DNA of 64,000 bases. Origin: an uncultured Gammaproteobacteria bacterium. GTDB taxonomy: Bacteria; Patescibacteriota; Patescibacteriia; UBA1558; GWA2-36-10. Each line of letters starts with the position of its first letter. Within the stretch, counting starts at the first letter, position 1. Location of the stretch: the NCBI GenBank assembly GCA_964638415.1, contig CAZWYP010000002.1, forward strand, positions 33,997 through 97,996. Reading direction: 5' to 3'. Position numbers and translations under genes: made by a program. Below, in pieces: positions 52,140 to 61,900 of the stretch. The notes under the pieces were generated by a model. It searched no databases. It had not been told where the DNA came from and was given only the letters and a program-made list of their open reading frames with translations.

Positions 52140-53480
52140 ATGAGTAATAAGAAAAAGAGCAAAAAGACCCAGGTTCAGCTGGTTAAAGGCATGAAGGATA
52201 TTCTGCCCTCGGAACAGCTGTATTGGGATTTTATTTTTGACAAAGTGCGTAGCTTGGCTCGGGATAACGGCTTTGGCCGTATCGATACTCCGACTGTTGA
52301 GTTTACTCAGTTATTTAAGCGCAGCGTCGGCGAGGATACGGATATTGTCAGCAAGGAAATGTATTCTTTTGTGGATCAGGGCGGAGATAAGTTATCTTTG
52401 CGTCCGGAGAATACGGCCGGCGTGGTTCGCAGCTACATTGAGCACGGCATGTTAAATCAGCCGCAGCCGGTTAAGATGTATTATTTTGCTCCGCAATTTA
52501 GGCATGAAAAACCGCAGTCTGGACGCTATCGCCAGTTCTGGCAATTAGGCTTTGAGACTATTGGCAGCGATGACCCGGTGACTGACGCCCAGCTTATTAA
52601 TATCTCTTTCCAACTCTTGAAGGAAATCGGTTTAGACGTGGAAGTGCAGATTAACAGCATTGGCGATGAGGATTCCCGTGCTCGCTATCTGAAGGTCTTA
52701 AGCAAATATTACAAGGATAATAGCAAGAATTTAACAGCTGATCATAAAAAGACTTTAGCGCGTAATCCCTTAAGATTGTTGGACTCTAAAGATAAGGTCT
52801 GTGTGGATTTAGCCAAAGATGCTCCGCAAATCTTGGATTATTTGTCAGAAGATTGCAATAAGCATTTTATGGCAGTTTTGGAATATTTGGATGAATTAGA
52901 AGTTAAATATGTTTTAAATCCCCGTATTGTCCGCGGTTTGGATTATTATGACAAAACTGCCTGGGAGATTACGGAAACTGATGAGGAAGGTAAGCTCAAT
53001 GCTTTGGGTGGCGGCGGAAGATATAATGGTCTAGTTGAATTATTAGGCGGCCGACCAACACCAGCGGTAGGTTTTGCTATGGGTGTGGAAAGGATTATTA
53101 ATAAAATTAAAGATGCTAAAGTAGCTTTGCCGGCAGTTTGCGGTCCTGATGTTTACATTGCCCAATTAGGAACGGAAGCGCGCAAACGCAGCTTAGAATT
53201 ATTTAATGAACTAAGGTCAATTGGCCTGTCTTTATCTGAGGATGTTTCTAAAACCGGTTTAAAAGATCAGCTGGAAGCAGCAGATAAGCGGGGAGTAAAG
53301 TATGCTTTAATCTTAGGACAAAAAGAAATTTCTGACGGCACAGTATTAATTAGAGACATGGAGTCAGGTGTGCAGGAAACCGTGGATTATAAAAAGATTA
53401 AAACTGAGATTAAGAAGAGGTTAGATGCTCATGTAATGAAAGAGATGGTTTTAAGGAAAAAAAGAAATCAAAATAGCTAA
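52140..53480 (+). CDS. hisS: Histidyl-tRNA synthetase
   Basis: LRPENTA, GRYRQFWQ, VRGLDYY, GGGRY, GFAMGVER. Confidence 0.97.
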   Translation: MSNKKKSKKTQVQLVKGMKDILPSEQLYWDFIFDKVRSLARDNGFGRIDTPTVEFTQLFKRSVGEDTDIVSKEMYSFVDQGGDKLSLRPENTAGVVRSYIEHGMLNQPQPVKMYYFAPQFRHEKPQSGRYRQFWQLGFETIGSDDPVTDAQLINISFQLLKEIGLDVEVQINSIGDEDSRARYLKVLSKYYKDNSKNLTADHKKTLARNPLRLLDSKDKVCVDLAKDAPQILDYLSEDCNKHFMAVLEYLDELEVKYVLNPRIVRGLDYYDKTAWEITETDEEGKLNALGGGGRYNGLVELLGGRPTPAVGFAMGVERIINKIKDAKVALPAVCGPDVYIAQLGTEARKRSLELFNELRSIGLSLSEDVSKTGLKDQLEAADKRGVKYALILGQKEISDGTVLIRDMESGVQETVDYKKIKTEIKKRLDAHVMKEMVLRKKRNQNS

Positions 53481-53489
53481 AATATTTTT

Positions 53490-53520
53490 AAAACACCCTA
53501 AATATTATGGGGTGTTTTTT
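53490..53520 (+). terminator. Terminator after hisS
   Basis: AAAACACCC...GGGTGTTTTTT. Confidence 0.75.
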
Positions 53521-53638
53521 GGTATTTACTCACTTATTTACATTTATTGACTTTCCTGATAAAATCTGTCATGATATTAACAAGAATAAAGTGGAAATTT
53601 TATTCTTTATCTGGTATAATTATTTTTAAGAAAGTGAG

Positions 53639-53899
53639 GTGATTGCCGTGTTGGAGGTGAAGAGAAAGGATGGAGAATCTTTTGAAAGTTTGGTTCGCCG
53701 TTTCACCAAAAAGACTATTCAGAGCGGTAAAATATTACAAGCTAAAAAAGTAAGATTTTATAGCAAACCGCAAACAAAACGAGCGCAAAAAGCTAGTGCG
53801 CTACGCAAAAAAGAAATGTCTAATAAAGTAGAATATTTGCGAAAATTGGGCAAATTAGACGAATTCTTGGCCAAAAGCAAACGATTTAAGAAGAAATAA
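53639..53899 (+). CDS. rpsU: 30S ribosomal protein S21
   Basis: EVKRKDGESFESLVRRF..SG...RFYSKP; precedes yqeY. Confidence 0.85.
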   Translation: MIAVLEVKRKDGESFESLVRRFTKKTIQSGKILQAKKVRFYSKPQTKRAQKASALRKKEMSNKVEYLRKLGKLDEFLAKSKRFKKK

Positions 53900-53931
53900 T
53901 CGCCAATTTTTGGCTATTTTATTTTTTAATC

Positions 53932-54372
53932 ATGACTTTAAACCAAACAATAGATAATGATCTTAATCAGGCTTTGAAAGAAAAGAACCAAGTAGTTTTG
54001 GGTACTTTGCGCATGCTAAAAAGTGCCATTAAGAATCAAGCAATAGCTGATCGTTTGTCGGAATTAGATGATCAGGCAGTGCAAGTGGTTATTAGGCGAG
54101 AATTAAAAAAACGCCAGGATTCTATTGAATCTTTTAAAGCTGGTAATCGTCCGGATTTAGTGGCTAAGGAAGAGGCAGAGGTGGATATTTTAGCAAAATA
54201 TTTGCCAGCTATGATGACAGAAGATGAGGTTGCTAAAATAGTTGAAGAAGTAATTGCATCTGGTGCCAATAATTTCGGTCAGGCTATGAAAGAGACTATG
54301 GCTAAGACTGTTGGTCGGGCTGACGGTAAATTGGTGCAAGATTTGGTAAAACAAAAATTAAATATTAATTAA
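53932..54372 (+). CDS. GatB/YqeY domain protein
   Basis: LRMLKSAI, KKRQDSI, YLP, GRADG. Confidence 0.92.
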   Translation: MTLNQTIDNDLNQALKEKNQVVLGTLRMLKSAIKNQAIADRLSELDDQAVQVVIRRELKKRQDSIESFKAGNRPDLVAKEEAEVDILAKYLPAMMTEDEVAKIVEEVIASGANNFGQAMKETMAKTVGRADGKLVQDLVKQKLNIN

Positions 54373-54389
54373 TTTTTAATACAATTATC

Positions 54390-55991
54390 ATGCTTGTCAA
54401 TAAAAAAATAACTGTTTTTATATTATTATTTTTAACAGTTATTTTTTTACTGCCCGAGAATGCTTTAGCTCAGGCCAATTTTGGCGCTAATGATTTAGTA
54501 GATTCCGGTTTAGGCACAGCCAATATTAAGGATGTTATTAATAATATTCTGAATATTGCTTTTGGCTTTTTAGGGATTCTAGCTACTTTGTTGATTATGT
54601 ATGGCGGCTGGTTATGGATGACTTCTCGAGGAGATTCTGACCAAATAGATAGAGCGAAAAAGACTATTACCGGCGCGGTAATTGGCTTGATAATTATTCT
54701 ATCCGCTTATGCTATTGCCCGCTTTGTTATTAGCCAGATTTACGGAGCAAGTAATAACAATGGCAATAACAATGGCAATAATGGCGGTGGTTACCATGGC
54801 GGTATTGGTTTAGGAGCTGGTGTTATTGAAACCCACTATCCTGGCAGAAATGCTTCAGGCATACCGCGTAATACTAATATTTATATCACTTTTAAAGAGC
54901 CGATTCAGCAGACGGGAAACAATGGCTTGGTAACTAGCGCCGCTGGCGATTGTGATTTTGCTTTATGTGCTAGCGCTAATTTTATCGTGGAAGATGTAAC
55001 AACCGGCGATATTGTTCCTACGCGCCAGATTGAAGCTACCGTTTCTGCTGACGGTAAGACTTTTGGTTTTAATCCATATGGTTCAAGTGCCAATCATTTA
55101 GGAAGATTGGACGGAGAAACCAGATACAATATTCAGTTAAGTTCAGATTTAAATAAGGCTAATGGCGATCCAGCCTTTGGCTTATCTGGTTATGATTGGA
55201 ATTTTACAGTTAGCAACGAGATAGATTTGACCCCGCCCCGTATTACTTCGGTTATTCCTACTCCTAATTCCAGTAATCCTCGCAATGTAGTGGTGCAGAT
55301 TAATTTTTCTGAAAGCATTAATCCGTTGTTGGCAGCAGGTAATACCGCTGACGGTTTTGTAAACATTATTACTTCGGCGCCTGGTAACTTAGCAGGCTCT
55401 TATATGATTTCTAATCAATATCAGACAGTAGAATTTATTACCGATGAATTATGCGGAGTGAATTCCTGCGGCGGAGAGGTATATTGTCTGCCAGGTAATC
55501 AGACAGTCAGCACTTTGGTTACCGACGCTATTGAAGATATGGCAGCTAATCGTTTGGACGGCGATAATGACGGTGAGGTAGGAGGCAGTTACTCTTGGGT
55601 ATTTTCAACGACCAATGAGATTGACTTGATTCCTCCAGAAATAACTTCCATGCAGGATAATTCAGCTGCTCCAGTGGATCAGCCAATTACTGTAACTTTC
55701 AATAAGAGTTTATTAGGCGCTTCTATTAGTAGTGAGAATATTAATTTTACCAAAGCTGATGGCACAGATATTAATTATTGGTTGAGCCTGGATAATGATC
55801 GTTTATTTATCCATGGTTCAGATTTACAGACCCTAAGCCAATATAAACCCACTTTAACTTCCGGCATCAAAGATACCAGACAAAATTGTTGGTACCCTTG
55901 TGCTTGCGATGATCCTTCTGGCCGCAGTTGTTTATGTAATGAGGATACTAGCGCCAGTTGTGTTAGCGGCTCTCATTGTGAAACCAATTAA
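54390..55991 (+). CDS. Pilin (TrbC/VirB2-like)-fused surface protein with Ig-like domains
   Basis: Signal peptide ENALA^QAN; YGGWLWMTSRGD..AKKTI..AVIGLIII pilin motif; DLTPP/DLIPP Ig-like repeats; Cys-rich tail. Confidence 0.8.
   Translation: MLVNKKITVFILLFLTVIFLLPENALAQANFGANDLVDSGLGTANIKDVINNILNIAFGFLGILATLLIMYGGWLWMTSRGDSDQIDRAKKTITGAVIGLIIILSAYAIARFVISQIYGASNNNGNNNGNNGGGYHGGIGLGAGVIETHYPGRNASGIPRNTNIYITFKEPIQQTGNNGLVTSAAGDCDFALCASANFIVEDVTTGDIVPTRQIEATVSADGKTFGFNPYGSSANHLGRLDGETRYNIQLSSDLNKANGDPAFGLSGYDWNFTVSNEIDLTPPRITSVIPTPNSSNPRNVVVQINFSESINPLLAAGNTADGFVNIITSAPGNLAGSYMISNQYQTVEFITDELCGVNSCGGEVYCLPGNQTVSTLVTDAIEDMAANRLDGDNDGEVGGSYSWVFSTTNEIDLIPPEITSMQDNSAAPVDQPITVTFNKSLLGASISSENINFTKADGTDINYWLSLDNDRLFIHGSDLQTLSQYKPTLTSGIKDTRQNCWYPCACDDPSGRSCLCNEDTSASCVSGSHCETN
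54753..54785 (+). repeat. Short tandem repeat encoding an NNNG linker
   Basis: AATAACAATGGC x2 plus AATAATGGC. Confidence 0.8.
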
Positions 55992-55995
55992 AATC

Positions 55996-58900
55996 ATGAT
56001 GAAAAATATTTTTAAATCTATTTTCTTCACCGCGTCCTTGTTTATTTTTTCGGGACAGCAAGCTTTAGCCCAAGCTAATTTAGGAGTTAATGATCTGGCT
56101 GGCTCTGGTTTAGGCACTAATGATGTAGTTGGTATTGTCAATAATTTAATCAATATCTTTTTGGGATTTTTAACCATTATTGCTGTTATTGTTATTATCT
56201 ATGCTGGCTGGCTTTGGATGACTTCTCAGGGAGATGCGGATAAAATTCAGCGTGCCAAGCTGATGATCGTCAGTGCGGTAATTGGTTTAGTAGTTATTTT
56301 GTCTTCATACTTAATTGCCCGTTATGTCATTAGGACTTTAAGTGATGCTACCGGCGGCGGCAATAATAACGGCAATGAAGAAGAAGGCCCAGGGCCCGGT
56401 CCTTTGCCGGCTTGCGGAGAGCCACTTGATTCAACTGAAATTGCCGTGTGCCGGACTCGGCCAAACAGCGGCGTGCCCGGTCAATATATTACTATTCAAG
56501 GCTGGCATTTCGGCAGTTATAATCCCGCAGATAGCCAGGTATTTTTTGAAACTTCTAGTGGCACGCGCACTCAGGCCACGCTAGCCAGTTGCAGCGGCGT
56601 GCCAGTTTGGCGTGAATCTAACACTCCCGGTTATTTCAATATTCGGGCGGTTATTCCGGCAGTAGATCAGGGAGATTATAAGATAATTGTAAAGAATGGA
56701 CCGTATGAGGATGCTTATCCTGACGGCCTGGATTATTATTCGGTAACGACAGGAGAAGCTGGTCCAGGTATTGCCTGCATTATCCCAGAAGATCCTTCAC
56801 CGGGAGAAAATATTACTATTGAAGGTAATAATTTTGGCAATACTCCTAGCACTATTACTATGTCCGGCTGGGTAGCAGGTAGTGAACAGGATATTAATTT
56901 CCTTAATATTGGTAGCTGGTCCAATACTTTAATTACCGCTGCTCAGGTTCCTAATAATGCTTTAGCTTCCGATTTATTTGTATCCGTTTCAGGTATAAAC
57001 AGTAATGATTATTATCTAGCAGTCAGTTGTGCTGATGATGGTCAGTGTGAATCTGGATGTTGCGCGGATAATGTCTGTCGGCCAGATAGCTGGTGTACTG
57101 GTGGTGGAGGCGGTAGTGGACCGCATATTGAATATCTTACTCCAGACACAGTAGCTGAAGGCAATTTGATTACTATTTACGGTTCTGGTTTTGGCGATAG
57201 CCAAGGTAGCGGCAATGTTTGGTTCACCGATAGCTCTGGCAGCGGCCGCGTAGCAGGCCGGAACCCCAATGTGGTTAATCCTTCCTGCAGTAATACTTGG
57301 CATGATGATTATATTGTAGTAGTAGTGCCAGCCGATGTTTTGGATAATAATGCTGATGTTTGGGTAGAGACTAACGATGGAGAAGAGAGTAACCAAAAAA
57401 ATTTCCATGATAATGGCGGCAATTTACCCGGCTTATGCAGTTTAGACACTGCTTCCGGCGCTTATGGACAGGTCATTAGCCTTAGCGGTATTAATTTCAA
57501 TGCCGGAGACAAAGCTTCTTATGGCGGAGTTTTAGATAGCGCTACTACTATTAATTCACCAACCGGCGCTCAGTCAACGGTGCCTAATTTAGCGGCTGGT
57601 CGCGTTGGTTTAAGCGTGCAAACTGCGGCTGGTGACAGTGGTAATGCTTTGCCTTTTAATATTGATCCTTTAGCTGGTGGTAATCCAATTATCAATGAAG
57701 TTTCTCCAGAACAAGGTCCAGTTGGGCAATATTTGACGATTATAGGAGCTAATTTCGGCAACAGTATTGGTACAGTTAAATTTATTGATTCCACTGAACA
57801 TTTAGCGGATGTAGATTTTCCTAATCAGTGTTCAGATAATTACTGGCGTAATAACCAGATTATTGTCAAAGTCCCGGCCGGCTTAGAGTCAAGTAGTGAA
57901 ATTCAGGTAGTGCGTAATGATTTGGCTACTAGTAATCTTTATGATTTTAATTTAACAGCTGGTAATGCCGGTCCGGGAATCTGTTTAATTGAGCCTAATA
58001 ACGGTCCGGTTAATTTGACTCCGGTAAATATTTATGGAGATAATTTTGGCAGCAGTGGCCAGGTGGATTACTTTAATAATGTAGCATCTGGTATTAATAC
58101 TTGGTCCGACCAACTAATTTCCACTCGAGTACCAGCTGGTGCTATTACCGGACCGGTGACGGTAACAGCTTCTGGTAGAGTAAGCAATGCGGTTAATTTC
58201 TCGGTTGGCAGCTGTAGTAATGACAGTCAATGTTCTGGCGGACAAACTTGTTGTTCGTCTGCTACCGGGAATTACTGCGCAGCTAATTGCCCTGGAGCTA
58301 ATATTTGTAGCTATTCTTGGACAGTGACTACTGCTGCCCAAGCTTTTGGTATTTGGGAAAGCTATGAATGCTCCAATGATTTGCAGTCACCCAGCCCTTG
58401 GCCAGATGGTTTATGGGGCAATGATTCCCAGGAGGCGTATGTGGACAGTCAAATTATCGGATTATTTACTCGTAATGTAGTTGATGCAGATTTGTTAAGT
58501 AATGCCATTACTAAAGTTTTTAAATGCACCGGACGCGATTTGAATTGCACAACCGAAGTAGCTGGCAGTTTATCTATAGTTAACCACAATAGCCAGCGGG
58601 AAGGATTCCAATTTGATCCAGCCGCCAGTTTAGAGACAGATAGCTGGTATCAAGTGCAATTAGGGGTTTATCATGCGGCTGAAGGCGGGGATGTTTGGGA
58701 TGGTACCACCTATGAATGGAATTTTAAGACCAGAGCAGAAGGTTTAATGTGCCAGGTAAGCAGCATCACAGTCAGTCCTAATGAAAACTTTAACGTTGGG
58801 CAAGAAAAGAATTTTTATGCTTCTGCTGTTGGCGACAACTGTAATGTTTGTGGCAGTAACTATACTTGGAGCCCTTGGAATGTAACTTACAATGGCGCTT

Positions 58901-61900
58901 ATCCTAATGATAAGGTGACTATTGTTTCCCAAGATACTACTGGCAGTTCTGCTCAGGTACGCTTGCGCGGTTTAGCGGCAACAGCCAATAATACTCCTAA
59001 TTATATTGAAGTCATGAGTACGTTGGGAGGCTTCAGTGACACAGTTCAATCTACTATTACTGATTCACCTTTAACAATCGTAGATTATGGTCCGAATTGC
59101 GGTAATGCCTGTCCTAATGGAGCAGTGTGGATTACTTTCAATACTCCTTTGAATCCAGCGGTAGTAAACGAAGCTTTATTTACTATTAAAAATTGTCATG
59201 AAAATCCAGACTGTACTGATTCTTCGCCCATTGCTTATGAGGTTAATTATGATGAAGAAAATTACCGAGTTTGGATTGAAAATGTTGATTTTGAACCGAG
59301 CACATGGTATTTAGCTAGCGTGGGAGCAGCGATAGAAAATGTTTCTGGATACAGTTTACAGCCTCCGGTTAATTTTGAATGGACTTTCAAGACTGGTGAA
59401 GGTGCTAATTGTTCAGTGGCTAGAGTGGAAGTTGCTCCTGGTAGTTATTTAACTAATTCCACTAATCCAATAAATTATACTGCACATCCTTATTCTGCCC
59501 GAAATGAGTGCCGAGAAAGCGGCTTACCACTTGATCCAGCGGATTATAACTGGATTTGGACTTCTAGTAATAGTAGCATCGCTACAGTTAGCGGTTCGGC
59601 AAGTTACCAGGAAACAGTTAGGCCGGCAGATGAAGTGGAAGGGACAACTGTGATTACCGCTAAAGAAAGCGCTTCCAGCGTTTCGGGAATTGGTAATCTA
59701 GAAGTAGACACCATAATTAATGACGATAGTTCAGAATTTGATTTTCCTAGAGTTTCTGCTTACTTTCCAACCCTATCTCCGGTTTGCACCAATACTGCTG
59801 TATCGGTTGACTTTACTGAAATCATGTCTAGAGAATCAGTACGAAGCTATTTTAAATTGTATTACCAAGAATTTGATGTAGCAGAAAGAACACCGGAATG
59901 TAATGATATTTGGTGTCCAATAGAATCTGATTTAAGCTTTGTAGAAAATCCTGGAGGAACCCGTTCTATTCTTAATCCCCGAGACAATCTAGATCCTAAT
60001 ACGAGATATTTAGCCATTGTTAATCGTCAGGTTAGTAGTGTCGCTGGTTTTAATTTAGATTCCGCGGATTATAATTATAATTTTGATAGCAGTCCTGGTA
60101 ATGATTCTTTTGGTTGGGAATTTACTACTGGCGCCAATGCTTGCGATATTAATTTTGTTACTGTTGAACCAGCTTTTAATTACTATACCAGAGTTGATCA
60201 GAGTAAAGAGTTTGTAGCTTTAGCTTATGATATTGCTGGGAATTTATTAACAGCAGATAATTATTCTTGGTCAGAGAACGAAGGCTTAGTTGATTTAGTT
60301 AATCCCGTAGCTAATGCCATTAGTGCCGTAGCTAATAATCAAAATGGAGAAAGCACAGTAACAGTGGTGGCTTCTGGTCCTGGCTCAGCAATCGGTACGA
60401 CGCAAGTTAGGGTATTTTTGTGTGAAAATCCTTGGCCTAACCCATACAGCCCCTTTTTAGACGAATTCCCCTTTGATTTTAGAAATGAAGTGCATGGTTT
60501 TAACTTCTCCACTTATTATTGTCAGGATTCCGGCCGGGAACAATCTACAATCCTGCCTTATTTAACCACTGAGCCTATTGATCAGCCCGGTTCGCAAGGG
60601 TTATTGCGAGAATTTATTTTCGTAGTAGATCCCCAGGAAGTAGCATTTAATTATAATAATTTAGCTAAAAAGGATAAAGAATCATGGTGGTCAAGACTGC
60701 TAAATAGATTTAAAGCATCGGCTTTGGCAGTAGCTAATCCACCGACTAATCTGGATTTAATTAGCAATGCTCCCAACGCTATTATAATTGGCTGGCAGGA
60801 TAATTCTGATAATGAAGACGGCTTTAAGATCTATCGTCGCAGTGATATTACCGACTGGACCGAGATTGCCGAAATTGGCGCTAATACGGAACAATATACT
60901 GATGAAAATATTGTTTCCGGTCAAGTTTATAGTTATCGGGTGGCAGCTTTTATTGATTACCCTAGCGGACCCTTACTTTCTGCTTATACTAATAGTATTA
61001 CGGTGACTGCTGGCGCTTCCAGTTTGGATTTAATTGGTGTGCAGGTCAGAGCTAATCCGGAACACTTGTCGGTAATGGATTGGTTTAATCTCTATGCTCC
61101 TAACCCCAATGAGAACGGCAGATTATTTGAAATTGACGGTTATGAAGCTTTACAGGTAGGTAATACCGTTTATATTTCAGCAGCTAATTTGTCTGGACCT
61201 AATATCTTTACTAATATTTATATCATTTCTCATAATATCGGTGCCCGCGAAGGAACTGTGGAAATATTTGATCAGCTGGTAGCTAACTTCAGTTTCAGTG
61301 CCAATATATTTAATGCTCAGGTGTGTAGTGTTAGCAGTGAAGTTAGCTGCAGCAGTGATTTTGATTGCCCATCAGGCGAGCTTTGTCAGGCTAATGGAGA
61401 TAAATTACGTCGCGATACCAAACGCTTGACTGATTTAGTTTCAGTGCAAAGGCGCTTACGCAGCTATGGCCAGCTTTATAAGGCTTGCCAGAATAATACC
61501 AGCATCAGTTGCCAGACGGATATTGATTGTCCGGTGGGCGATAGTTGTATTCCTTATTACCCCTTATTGAATTCCGGTACTTACTTATCAGGAGCTAGTG
61601 TTTCGCTCTGGCCTTCTTGGCGACAAGAATTCAGTTCTCAACTATTCAATACTCCTTTACCAATAGACCCTCTTAACCGTTTTAACGGCGATTGTCCTGA
61701 AGGTTATAATCAGGCAACTTGCTGGAATGCTGAAGAAAGCCTGTTTAGCTGTCCGGCTAATTCATTTATCTACGTTTACCAAAATAGTAACGGTTATAAT
61801 TATAATCTATCGGCAAATTTTGAAAGTGGTTACTTTACTGATTACAATTTAATCAGTCCTCCGCCAGTAAATTTACCGTCCAACGGCATTAGCTTCAATA

